Notes: a model not told the origin generated them from the letters alone. Shown: positions 29,537-44,015, numbered from the stretch's first letter. The stretch is DNA of 64,000 nt from Eledone cirrhosa (GCA_964016885.1 OZ024755.1:10850001-10914000), one strand, 5' to 3'. Translations and numbers: made by a program.

Positions 29537-29813
29537 GTCAGGGCATTCTTCTACGAGAAGGCAACTCAGGAAACTGGGATAACTCCGATATAAAATCTGC
29601 GGCTCAGTAGTTACCGATGATGTTGATCTTTTCTTCTTTTCGGGGTATAGCTACTGTCGCTCAGAGAGTGGGATTGGCTCAGTGCACAGTCTTTCCTCAC
29701 TTTAAAAAATATCTTCACGCACAAGCATTGCACGATAGAATTAATTAAAAATTATTAATAATGGCATATCGTGCAATGGCCATACTCTATAACGAGGGGG
29801 CAGCCATCATCAT
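29537..29813 (+). mobile_element. Short non-autonomous RTE derivative (part of 5' UTR fused to 3' tail)
   Basis: Aligns by eye to 13602-13778 (ctgcggct..ccgatgatgttga..gctcagagagtgggatt..gcaca.gcat.gc) and ends atactc..gag..gcagccatcat like 15387-15415. Confidence 0.75.
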
Positions 29814-30439
29814 AATGTATGTATGTATGTATGTATGTACGAGAATGTATGTGCGTGCATGAATGTGTCTTCATATATAAAATTACAAAGTTATAATCAT
29901 AGACATTTAAGGTAAATTTGCAAGATTCCAGAACACAGTTACCAAATAAAATTAAATGAAGTCTGCCGTGACACTAATTTGAAATCTGACCGGCTATAAG
30001 TGAACATCAAGTATTTAGAGTTCATCGTACGCGATAAAAATAATGAAGCTGGAAATGACTGTGTGATATATATCATCCTAGGAATCTAGAAATGAGACAT
30101 GTTAGATGTCTAATTTATACACCAATATCACGATTTAAGAAACACATGTCTAATTAGCTATACTCACATGTTAACTATAGTTAAAGCTATGGCAAATTTC
30201 ATTTATCTCGACTATGGTTGGTTTTGCTTCAAATGATTATGGTTCTTTGAATAATTTCCAACGAATCTTGCATAAATTGCTTTAGTCACTAAATACCACA
30301 GATATTCAATTATAATGTTCTCATACTTTAAAAGTTTCCTTCGTGCCTCTGTAATTAGCGTATCGGTTTTTCACTTAATTAAGAAAACAAGAACGGTGTA
30401 CAGCAGAATTGTTACACACAGACAGACACACACACACAT

Positions 30440-30562
<123 letters not shown>

Positions 30563-30651
30563 GTTAAATAAGGTACCTAATACGTTATTAGAGAAGAGGC
30601 ATATTCCTCAAGATACCATACGAAGGAAACAATTTGAGTCATGTAGAAGCC

Positions 30652-30781
<130 letters not shown>

Positions 30782-31012
30782 TAGGAGGGTCATGCTGCCA
30801 ATATATTTATATAAACAAATATCGTATATCAAGCTCGAATTTTCGAACTTACGCTAAAGAAATAAATTTATAAGATGTTGGAAAGTCAGGCGCTGAGCAT
30901 CATACATCTTCTGGTATATAGTAATAAGTTTACAAAAGCACACAATTACATGATGTTTTGTGCACTATGACATTGTTACACCGTGTCATACACCATCTTA
31001 CTCATTGCTAAT

Positions 31013-31081
<69 letters not shown>

Positions 31082-31928
31082 GGCAGATAAAGACAAAGCA
31101 AGGGAACATTACATTGCAATAATTATATATTAGTTGAACATTGATCTGGTAGCAAACGCGGCTGACGATTTAAAAATTACTCCTTCCTCGAAAGATAGAA
31201 AACGGGAAAAAATCCAGATTACTCGGGAAGGAGAATAAAGTCGCTCTAAAGTAAAAAAGAAGTCGAGGAACAAGAGATGGGAAAGCACGTGGTTTTTTTC
31301 AGTCAGCCATCTTGAAAATATATATATATATGTGTGTGTGCGTTTGTGTGTGTGTGTGTCTGTGTGTGTGTATATAAATATGTATATATATATATGAAAG
31401 ATACTTACACACACACACACACACAAATATATATATATATATATATATTTGTGTGTGTGGGTGTAAGTATCTTTCATGTAATTATCGTTCTTTGAATCAC
31501 TTTCAATGAACGTTATATATCTGCCATTAGACACTAAATACCATAGATATTCAATTATAATGCTCACATCTTTAACCGTTTCACTCGCACCTCTGTAATT
31601 AACGTTTCAGTTTTTATTAATTATATATAATTAGCTGACCATATGGATAATTCATGTTTTAATCAGAAACAACTACAAAGTATTAAAAATCAATATGACA
31701 GTTTATATGTTATCTTTATGAGTTGTATATATACTCACATACACACAGTCGTACAATCCCCTTTCTATAAAGACTTGTTACAGCGGAGGATATCATATGA
31801 AATGTTTTCGGTGCTTCTGTTAAAACCACTAAAACTTTCTTTCTATTTCTTTCGATTGCCCTCACACACACACGCGTGGGCTTTTTAATATATCTATAGG
31901 AAAAAAATCATTTGTACACGATTCCTTA

Positions 31929-31999
<71 letters not shown>

Positions 32000-32194
32000 A
32001 CACAAACGCACATACTCACAGATATTCATACACGTATGCACAGAGATACACACAGATATTCATACACGTATGCACAGAGATACACACATACACACGCACA
32101 TACATACACACACCGCAGAAATAGGTGCACTATTGTACTTCGCTGCGTGTGTGTATATAGCATGTTATTATGCAAAGAAATATATATATATATA

Positions 32195-32335
32195 TTAATA
32201 TAGAGCTTCTACAGGACTAGAACTGTTTCATTCGTGAGAAATCATCAGTTATAGTACTGTAGAAGCTCTTCTATATTAAAACATTTATACTCTGCTATGT
32301 ATTGAGTACCTTACTTACTGTGGTTACCTCCGATT
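32195..32335. mobile_element. Fold-back element with hammerhead core (Penelope-like family)
   Basis: Inverted arms gagcttctacag/ctgtagaagctc enclosing minus-strand CTGATGA-tttctcacgaat-GAAA-cagttc; tactc..tattgagtac motif downstream on plus. Confidence 0.6.
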
Positions 32336-32345
32336 CAATAACTTA

Positions 32346-32410
<65 letters not shown>

Positions 32411-32413
<3 letters not shown>

Positions 32414-33017
32414 GGCTGCCAACTCGTTTTCGAGTACAGCCACTACTTTATATTCATGTAGGAGAACCCCTACCGATGCGCTGAACGAGTGTGACATTTT
32501 AGTCCAGCCAGCGACTTGAAAACTCTGGTACAAACACTACACTTGTGACAATTATTGACACATAGTGCTGGGTCCATGGTACCATGTGACGACAAGTGCA
32601 AAGAGATCTCCAGATATAAAGCAATGCCTGTGCTGTGAAGCTTTTATAGTGAGCAAAGGCACTGCAGAAGGCCAGTCCCACTCTCTTAACCAAGATGATA
32701 TTTACCAAAAAGAAGAACAAGTCAACATCATTGGATACCATCAGGGTTGCAGGTCTTATATCAGAGTTTTCCTTCTAGAATTCTGGCCTGACAAAGGCTA
32801 AGGGGTCATCTCTCCCGGTGATTTTGGATGGCCATTGACTCTTAAGAGCTCCTTTGCCCTTTGACAGGTTTTGTTTTTAGTCCTGCAGGATGTCCAATGT
32901 CACCCTCCTCACCAAGAAACCTTGGTAGGGTTGCCAGTTTAGTCGCCAACGACCCGACCATGGGACAGGTTGTACTGGGATACATGTTACCAGTAGCACC
33001 AACTGGTGACCTGACAT
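32411..33017 (-). mobile_element. Bipartite non-autonomous RTE derivative: full 5' UTR joined to the last zinc finger and 3' tail
   Basis: 5' part aligns to 13367-13778; then HKCSVCTRVFKSLAGLKCHTRSAHR*; ends gtactcgaaaacgagttggcagccaca plus (TA)n. Confidence 0.85.
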
Positions 33018-33559
33018 AATATATATATATATATTATATATATAGTTGAATGAGGGTGTATAAGTGAGTGGTATGGTTTGTGTATGTGTAAGTGTTTCTG
33101 TGTTTTGAGTGCGTCTGGGTGTGTAAATTCTTTTGTAGATGAATATCTCAGCTGTATGCTGTTTATGCCCATGAGCATATCTGATATGCAAATTGGGCTA
33201 CTCAGCCGTTAATATGCATAAAGAAAGTATATACTTTCGGACGTTCAACAATCTGACAGGAAAATATACGTTGCTGACGATAGCTAACAAGCTTGAAACT
33301 AGTACAGCGTTCCTTTTTTGTCAGTGTTGAACAAACGAGCAACGGTGGTTGCTAGACACTGCGGCTTAATACGGGATGTTTGTTTACAAACACACCGAGC
33401 ATTATAATAAATGTTTGGTGAATCCATACGTACATATATATATGTGTGCATGTATGTATGTATATATATATACATACTACTGTACGTCTGTATACATATA
33501 TGTATGTACGTGTACATACTTATATTTATATATATATATATATATAAATTTGCTGTTCC

Positions 33560-34202
33560 CTTTACGGACTGAGTTCAAATCCCGCCGAGGTTAACTTTGC
33601 CTTTCATCCTTACGGGGTCGATAAAATAAAGTACCAGTAATACACTGGGATAATTGCTGGCCTTGTGCCAAAAGTAGAAACAATTATTACTAACAGTAGT
33701 AATTGCTAGTAGAGCGTCGGACAAGAATGCAGCATCGAGTTACTGCTCTTTACGTTCTGAGTTCAAATCTCACCGAGGTTAGCTTTGCCATTCGTCCCGG
33801 CGGTTATTAGTAGTATCTGTAGCGCGACGGACAACAAGCATTGCAGCACAGAGATATGGCCCTTTACGTTCTGAGTTCAAATCTCACTGAGGTTAACTTT
33901 GCCTTTCGTCCTTACGGTGTTGATAAAATAAAGCACCAGTAAATACTAGTAATGCACTGAGGTCGATTTAATCGACTTTCCCCTCCACCCAAAATTGTTG
34001 ACCTTGTGCTTAAAATCAAAGACCATTATATCGGTAGAGGGTCGGACGCCATTGTTTGACCCATAGAGTTACGGCCCTTGTCATTCTGAGTTCAAATCCC
34101 GCCGAGGTTATCTTTGCCTTTCATCCTTACGAGGTCGATAAAATAAAGTACCAGTAATACACTGGGATAATTGCTGGCCTTGTGCCAAAAGTAGAAACAA
34201 AT
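33560..34202 (+). mobile_element. Head-to-tail cluster of four family A SINE copies
   Basis: Four occurrences of ctgagttcaaatc..gaggtta.ctttgcc near 33570, 33757, 33871 and 34086. Confidence 0.9.
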
Positions 34203-34359
34203 ATTCTTATTATTTCGTCTACAATATCTTCATTCATTAATGATGCCCTTCTCCTTCCTATTATTGGATGTAAACCCCACATGTCATTGTTTCTTGTATT
34301 GGCCACAACGTCATACAGCCTTGTCGTCGATTATAAAATCATTCTTACTGTTGCTGCCT

Positions 34360-35244
34360 AGTATTCTGCTGCTGATGATGATGATGCTGCTGATGTTGAT
34401 GACGGTGGTGGTGGTGGTGGTGGTGGTGGTGGTGGTGGTGGTGGTGGTGGTGGTAATTGAAGTGGTGGTGGTGTTGTTGCTGCTCCTGCTGCTGCTACTG
34501 CTGAATGATGGTGATGATGATGATGATGTTGATGATGGTGGTGGTGGTGGTGATGCTTCTGCTATTGCTGCTGCTGCTACTGGTGATGATGGTGATGGTG
34601 GTGTTGGTGGTGTTGGTGGTGGTGGTGATGGTTATTATGATGACAAAAAAGATGGAGATTATCGTATGATTGTTTGCTGTTTATGTTATTGGTGTGCATT
34701 AATGAGAAATACTGGAGTTGCTGTGAAAGATTTTGAAAACTATGATGATACTTTTGATGATGATGGTGATTGTGATGATGATGATGATGGTGATGATAAT
34801 GATATTGATGGTGATGATGATGAATATCATAATTATAATAATGATTATTATGTTAATTATGGCCATGGGGAGAATGAGAATAAAGGGAAGAAAATAATTG
34901 TAAATCTGATCAAGATTATTATGAAATGTGATGGTGGTGGTTGTGGTGGTAGTGGTGGTGGTGGTGATGGTGGTTGTGATGGTGGTGGTTGTGGTGGTGG
35001 TTGTGGTGGTGTGACAGTGTTGCTTTTGGTTCTGCTGGTGTTGGTGGTGAGGGGTTTGCTTTCGTCTCCTATTATTGATACTGGTATTCAGTTGATAATG
35101 GTGGCTGTATTATGGCCAGGGAATGAAGAAGAAGAAGAAGAAGAAGAAGAAGAAGAAGAAGAAGAAGAAGAAGAAGAAGAAGAAGAAGAAGAAGAAGAAG
35201 AAGAAGAAGAAGAAGAAGAAGAAGAAGAAGAAGAAGAAGAAGAA
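34360..35244. repeat. Mosaic of trinucleotide runs (GAT, GGT, GCT) ending in a pure (GAA)n tract at ~35125-35244
   Basis: Read directly. Confidence 0.9.
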
Positions 35245-35555
35245 TGGTTTCCGATTTAGGCACACGGCCAATGATATTGGAGGAGGGGTAAATTGATTAA
35301 ATCAACTCCAATGCATTACTGGTACTTTATTATCTCAACGTAGCTATATGTCGTAAAGGCGACATCACTAATAATGATAATAATTGTTTCTATTTTTGGC
35401 ACAAGGCCAGCAATTATCTCAGCGCATTACTGGTACATAATTGTATCGACCCCGTAAGGATGAAAGGCAAAGTTAACCTCGGCGGGATTTGTACTCAGAA
35501 TAGCAAGAGCCGTAACTCTGTGTGGCAAAGCATGGTGTCCGACCCTCTACCGATG
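35245..35555 (-). mobile_element. Family A SINE tail fragment plus near-complete copy
   Basis: tttctatttttggcacaaggccagcaatt..tcgaccccgtaaggatgaaaggcaaagttaacctcggcgggatttgtactcagaa. Confidence 0.85.
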
Positions 35556-36537
35556 ATAATAATGATGACATTAATGATGATGGCAATGATGATGGTAATG
35601 ATGATAATGGTATTGACGACGTTGAGGATGATGTTGTTGTTGATGATAATGATGAGGATGATGATGATGACAATGACGATGATGTTAATTAAGGTAAAAG
35701 TCATGATACTGATGGCTATGACGATGATGATGATGATGCTGATGACTATGATGTTGATAATAATTATGTTGATGATGATAATTACGATGCTGCTGTTGAT
35801 GCTGCTGATGGGCATGATGATGGTGATGGTGATGATGATAGTGATAATGAGGAGGTGAGGGCATGAGAAATTTTACCATTTTAATCGGCACTTAACGACT
35901 GTGTGAATACTTTCACTTCAACAGATGTGCCATGTGCAGAATTAACGAGGTTAATATGTACATATACATACATAACATATATACATACATGCATGCATAT
36001 ATATATATATACATGCATATATATACATTTATATATATATGTGTGTGTGTATGTATGTATATATGTGTGTGTGTATGTATGTATATATGTGTGTGTGTAT
36101 GCATGTATATATATGTATGTATGTATATACATGCATGCATACATATATGTGTGCGTGTATGTATTTATATATGTTTGCATGTGTGATTCTGTGGAGTGGG
36201 GAAGCACGAACGCAATAGATTATTGATAAAGACTTCGATACATTATGGTAAAAGTGAATGTGGGGGTAGGTAGGGAAAGGTTAGCAATATGGCAGGAAGT
36301 TGGCTGGGTATTGGGATTTCACTGAGATGAAAGATTAAAAGTGTATAAAACATGGTAGAAGTTGGGGAGACAATATGTGTATGTATGTATGATTGTGTTG
36401 TATGTTATATGTCCGTGTATGTAGGGGTATTATATATAGATATGTGCGAGTGTGTGTGTTTCGATTGTCACGAGAATGGTTTTTAGTCACAAATATTCAT
36501 ATCTTCTACCTGTGCGTGTGTTTAATTATATACATAC

Positions 36538-36672
<135 letters not shown>

Positions 36673-36802
36673 ACGTATGTGTGTATATGTGTGTGTACGT
36701 ATACGAATTTGTATGCCTGTACCTGCATGCACCATCGCTCAAAAGACATGCTTTGCTTATTTTTCTCTTTACATTTTTCTCTCTCTTTCTCTCTCTCTCT
36801 CA

Positions 36803-36860
<58 letters not shown>

Positions 36861-37259
36861 ATGATATCCTTGGAATGTATATAATGTGTATGACAGGTCT
36901 CTATATCTTTGGTAAATGTATCATGTATATATAACAGGTCTCTATATCCTTGCATGCAAATAATACACACTTGATATCAAGGAAACTTGAATCATCCCGT
37001 CACTTTATGGCGCCATTCTTCATAACAGTAAAAACAAACAAAACAGTAACTGAACTGTTTATTCATCCATAGGCATTTATGCTTAAATACTCTACGGGAA
37101 CTCAGAAATGCCTTCCTCCCTTTCATACCAAACTGCCTGAAACTGCTCCTGTTTCTCTAACACGAAATTATATTTGTCTCTAATACGAGTTTATATTTGT
37201 CGAAATACGGTGAAGTCTTAGATTCATTAGAAAGTTGGTTAGAATGTTTTGCGGTATTT

Positions 37260-37375
37260 GATCCAGCGCTCCGCTACTCTCAGTTGAGATCCCACTGAGA
37301 TCAATATTTTCTTTTTTCCTTTCGAGGTCGATAAATAAAATACCCGTTCAATAGTAGAGTCGATTCTTTTTCTAA
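37260..37375 (+). mobile_element. Degenerate family A SINE
   Basis: cagttgagatcccactgagatcaa..cctttcgaggtcgataaataaaatacc. Confidence 0.55.
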
Positions 37376-37976
37376 TATCTCTCTCCCTCTTTTCTCTCTC
37401 TGTCTGTCTCTCTGTCTCTCTCTCTCTCTCTCTCCCTATCTGTGTGTGTGAGTAGAATATACCATATATTGAAACCAATTTTAATATAATATATTGGCAG
37501 AGATTTGTTTAACTAAAAGAGATCTTGTAGTATTCTATATACAAATATGCGTTTATTGTTTCCTGAGAAAATATATAAAGGAGAATATTTTTTTCATTAA
37601 TATTATTCGATAAGAAACCTATATTATCATCGTCAACTCATTATTATCGTGATTATCATCATCATCGTCATCACCGTTGTTGTTGTTGTGCTATTATTAT
37701 TGTTGTAATAGTTGTATATTTTTTGTAAAGGAAGGTGACAATGAAACACACTACAATTTCCTGTAGAAATACAATAACCTATATATTAGGTTGTCTACCT
37801 TTGTTTTACCTTATATTGCTATAATAGTGTATTATGCTATCTATGATATTTTATATTAATATTTTTCTCTCCTTACATGTTATAACCTTTTTATATTAAA
37901 ATGTAAATCGTTCTCAATCTTTTTTAACATCGACTTCCAAAGGATTAAATGATGTCGGTGATACCAGATTTCTCAT

Positions 37977-38008
<32 letters not shown>

Positions 38009-38274
38009 GTGTGTGTGTGTTTATGTGTGTGTGTGCGTACGCGTGTATGTGTGTGTGAGTGAGTGTGTGTGTGTATGTGCGTGTGTGTACATGTGTGTGG
38101 GTGTATGTTTGTGTATGCATGTAGGTATGTATGTATGTATTTATGTATGTATATATATATAGTATACATGTACAAATCATGTAAAGTAAAACCCCAACAG
38201 AAAACAATACATTACAATAACAGCAGTATATATTAAAATTTATATACATGTGTGTATGTTGATGTACATAATAA

Positions 38275-38316
<42 letters not shown>

Positions 38317-39166
38317 TTATATTCATGTATATATATATATATTATACCTTACATATTTAATATAGCATACGTTAAAATAATTCATGTTACCACATTTCTG
38401 ACAAAATACATCTCCCATGTGTTTCAATAACGTTTGAAATAGCGTTTTCATTATTATGCTTTTAGCTAGAATATGACTTAACAAAAGGTTCTTACATATT
38501 ATTATGATGGAAGGTTTTGATTTAAATATGAATAGCTTAAACGGGAGAATTCGTATTATAAAACCAGAGGCGGTATGAAGCGTGTTGTCAGAAGGTTTTT
38601 TACACGATAGCTATGTCACTTTTAAATCGAGGAATTGGGAGTATCGTTAGAAAATTTATTCCAGCTCTCTGTGTTCTAAGTTTTCTGTCTTCCATCGAAG
38701 TATATGACTTTCATCTTTCATCATTTCCTACAGCATAAATAAAGTAGCAGTTCAGTACTGCGGTTGATTCTTCCTCTATCTCGCTTTAACACTTTCTCAC
38801 ACTGTCTTTCCTTCTCTGTAACATATTAACTGTTAGATGAAGAGGGAACTATGCAGGTTAAGAAATTTGTTTCTAAATCATAAGGTCCCTTGGCATGACA
38901 TTTTAGACACGTGTCATTACCATAGTTTTAGGTCGCGCCAAGCCCTGTGAGTGAAGTTGGTTGAATAGAAATTGTTCAAAAGGTCACCTGATGGATACCA
39001 TTTGAAACCGGTAAAGTTATAAGTTATTCTAAACCTTAAAGACTCCAATTGCACTTTCAACTTTTTTTCACATATATATATATACACATACACATACAAA
39101 TCTCATACTTATATCACTCATCACCCTCTCCTTTCTCACTCTCTCCCACTTCCTCTCCTTCTCTAT

Positions 39167-39214
<48 letters not shown>

Positions 39215-39218
39215 ACAT

Positions 39219-39262
<44 letters not shown>

Positions 39263-39294
39263 CCACACACACACAACCACACACACACACACAT

Positions 39295-39347
<53 letters not shown>

Positions 39348-39352
39348 GATAA

Positions 39353-41079
39353 CACCGTGTAACATATTTTTTTCCCCGGTTCTAAGTGTTATTTCATGGT
39401 TTGTTATATCACATTGTTATAAAAAAAAACACTAATATTTAATCAGAAGTTTGGGTTTGTGGTCAGAAGTTTGATATTTCAAAATTTTCATTTTTGCAAG
39501 AAAAAACACATTTTTTTTAAATTTATCAGTTCATATAATTAAATCAACAGAGTATATATTTATTTTATTACACATGCTTATCAAAAGCAAACAAGTAAAA
39601 ACAAATAGCACTTATAAAGCAACTTATACACGTCAGAAATGACTGGATTTCCTGGATGTGCGGTTGTAGTCTAGGTCGCATTCCCGCACTAGCCCCCAGA
39701 TATAGTCCCCCATCATTTTTTTAATTCTAGTGGCTCTGGTACCTCCGCTCTATCTCTTTCACATCTTGGTGGATTCGTTCGCCTTGTTCTTCTGAGTAGG
39801 CGCCCATATTGTCCTTGAATTTGTCCAGGTGAGCGTCCAGCATATGGAGTTTAAGCGACATCCTGCATCCCATGACGCCAAAAGCCTTTATCAGATCCTG
39901 CACCAGTTGTTGGTAGTTTTCAGCTCTGTAGTTGCCCAGGAAGCCCTTAACAACTGCCTTGAAACAGTTCCATGCTGTTCTCTCAATCCTATTGAGCTTA
40001 TGGGGGAACTCGGTAGACTCAAACACCTTCTTTATCTGAGGTCCAACAAAAATTCCACCTTTGATTTTGGCCTCAGATAACTTGGGAAACAACTCAAGAG
40101 GGTACTTAAAAGTGGCTGATTCTTGGTTGAGAGCCTTCACAAACTGCTTCATCAACCCCAACTTAATGTGCAGTGGCGGCATGAGCACAATTCAGGAATC
40201 AACCAGTGGCTCCCACATGACGTTCCGAGTCCCAACTATAAATTCTGTTCGCTGCTCCCAGGTCTTACTTTTGTAGTCGTCAGAAGTGGCTCTGCTGTCC
40301 CAAAGGCAGAGGAAGCATTGGAATTTGATAAAGCCTCCTTGGAGTCCAAGCAGGAAATAAACCATCTTGAAGTCTCCAATGATTTCCCAATTGTACTAGT
40401 TGTATTGCAGAGCTTCCAAGAGGACTTTCACACTGTAGTAATCTTCCTTCAGGCAGACTGAATGAGTAGGGGCAGTGTCGGGAACTTGTTTCCATTGTGG
40501 AGGAGGACAGCCTTCAAACTTGTGGTGGAGCTGTCTATAAATAGCCGCCACTCCTTTGGCACAAACGGCACCCCAATAACGTCAATCAGTCCAGGCATGT
40601 CATGGCAGAAGCAGAGGCCATCCCTAAGAGTGTAAAAGCCTCAGAAAGGTTCGTGTCGACTTCTCTGACTTGTCACCTGCACTTCCTCCTTGCCCAAGTT
40701 CCACTGCTTCATCCTGAAGACGAATGCTTAAAACACAACTTACCCTTTATTCAGGGTGCGAAAATCCAGTATCAATAAATCTCTTTAATCCACTTTTTAA
40801 CAATTTTATACTTTATTGCACTTTTCTAATTTTCTTTAGGTATTACTCTTTATTTTATAATTTTAATTTAACCTGAAACATATATAAAAAAAAAATCATT
40901 TAACATAAGCAACTTAAACTTACATACAACGTAAAATCCAGCAATACAAATAATTCTAGTGAATAGCTTAGAATTTTTACAAACCCAAACTTTTAACTGT
41001 TTAATAGCACTTTTTTATCTATTTGGGACCTAATTACAAGCCAGGAACAGAGAAAAAACTTGTTTATTGTTACACGGTG
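39353..41079 (-). mobile_element. Chapaev3-like (CMC superfamily) DNA transposon, internally deleted
   Basis: 12-bp TIR caccgtgtaaca/tgttacacggtg, TAA on both flanks (39350-39352 and 41080-41082), 14-bp inverted subterminal motif (39447-39460 and 40979-40992), transposase remnant inside; superfamily assignment from recalled CAC termini and TWA TSD. Confidence 0.8.
39633..40728 (-). pseudogene. DDE transposase remnant (N-terminus missing; stops and a frameshift)
   Basis: EWRLFIDSS..LKAVLLHNGN, WEIIGDFKMV..LLGLQGG..CFLCLWDSRA, PPLHIKLGLMKQFVKAL, MSLKLHML..H, SEEQGERIHQD. Confidence 0.85.
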
Positions 41080-41107
41080 TAATCTGAATTTTTCGAATAT
41101 TAATAAT

Positions 41108-41294
41108 TGTTTCTACTTTTGGCACAAGGTCAGCAATTACCCAGTACATTACTGGTACTTTATTTTATCGACCCCGTAAGGATGAAAGCCAAAGTTAACC
41201 CCGGCGGAATTTGAACTCAGATCATAAAGGGACGTAACTCCATACTTCAAAGCATTGTGTCCGACTCTCTATCGATACTGCCAACCCACCGCCC
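41108..41294 (-). mobile_element. Full-length family A SINE with 17-bp TSD
   Basis: Head through tail present; tttcgaatattaataat at 41091-41107 and 41295-41311. Confidence 0.9.
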
Positions 41295-41380
41295 TTTCGA
41301 ATATTAATAATAACATTCGATTCGTTTGCAATTATGCAAACAAGCCTCTCTCTCTATATATATATAAAAATATATATATA

Positions 41381-41471
<91 letters not shown>

Positions 41472-41841
41472 GTGTGTGTGTGTGTATTGAAATTTCTGTA
41501 GAAAATAGAAAAGGTCATAGAAGTGAAGAGTATATAATTTTTTTTGCTTTTCTTGATGAGACTTTCCAAGTATTTAGCCATGTTTTATATTGCCTCGTCT
41601 GACGAACGAATGAAGACGTTTCTTTCGTATTCGCCTCATTCGGAAAATCTCTGGTAATGAGGTAATTATATTGTATTGATTTTTATACATTATATATATA
41701 TATATGTGTGTAGAAGTTCTATTTAAACTGTTGGGATACAACAAGCAAATATTTTTATAACTCATATAAAGCACTCAACAAATTATTGGAGTAAAAATAC
41801 GATATATTAACAAATGGAAACTATATTTATAAAACCATATT

Positions 41842-41906
41842 TATTTCATTATACATATTTCAGGGACACCAAGTTAAATTATGGTGTGCTTTCATCAGAT
41901 AAAATA
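41842..41906 (-). ncRNA. Type I hammerhead ribozyme (minus-strand arm)
   Basis: tattttat-CTGATGA-aagcacacca..tggtgtccct-GAA-ATATGTAT-A-atgaaata; helix II has one more mismatch than the plus copy. Confidence 0.65.
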
Positions 41907-42007
41907 TAATATAGATCAGTTTTATAAATAAATATTGACTATCCAACAGAAATGGTCGCATTCTTTAAGGGTATGTCAATATTTATTTATAAAACTAATC
42001 TATATTA

Positions 42008-42072
42008 TATTTTATCTGATGAAAGCACACCATAATTTAACTTGGTGTCCTTGAAATATGTATAATGAAATA
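42008..42072 (+). ncRNA. Type I hammerhead ribozyme
   Basis: Helix I tattttat/atgaaata (8 bp), CUGAUGA 42016-42022, helix II aagcacacca/tggtgtcctt (9 of 10 pairs), GAAA 42053-42056, self-complementary helix III AUAUGUAU, predicted cleavage after AUA at 42064. Confidence 0.8.
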
Positions 42073-42117
42073 AATATGGTTTTATAAATATAGTTTCCAT
42101 TTGTTAATATATCGTAT

Positions 42118-42230
<113 letters not shown>

Positions 42231-42619
42231 ATAGAGAAAGAGAGAAAGTGGGAGAGAGTGAGTGAGACAGGAGGAAGGGAGATGTATGATATAAGTATGA
42301 GATCTGTATTAGTTTCACTCGGTTTCATTGCGATAATCATTTCAGATATACTTACGACTCTCATCCTTCAATGTCACTCTCACCACTGTCAATATTGATG
42401 GTTTTCTCTTTAATAATCATTCACTTTAGAAACCTCCGTTTCATTGGTTTGCACCTTACTATTGCTACACTCTCTATTCAACTACTTTTTATAGCGTTCA
42501 TCGCATTAAGATCTTTGTTTTTCCATTTCTTTACTTTATTTTCTCTATTTTCGTATATTTTTTGTTTTCCTTTGTATGTCCTTGTGAATTGATTGTGGTT
42601 TACGATCACTTTCATACAA

Positions 42620-44015
<1,396 letters not shown>

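Larger units (their letters stand above)
41709..42117 (-). mobile_element. Fold-back hammerhead element (Penelope-like pLTR/retrozyme) in (TA)n
   Basis: 143-bp inverted arms 41797-41939 and 41975-42117 (2 mismatches by eye) plus a one-sided flank homologous to 60069-60155. Confidence 0.75.

Noticed and set aside
31162-31200. CTGACGA...GAAA hammerhead-like boxes
   Set aside because: The intervening sequence cannot form helix II and there is no helix I; at best a very decayed family member.
34240-35259. 339-aa ORF with poly-V, L, D, G and E runs
   Set aside because: Concatenated trinucleotide microsatellites between SINEs; no domain or splice support.
41599-41650. CTGACGA followed by an acgaa/ttcgt stem
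   Set aside because: GAAA does not follow the stem directly; hammerhead geometry fails.
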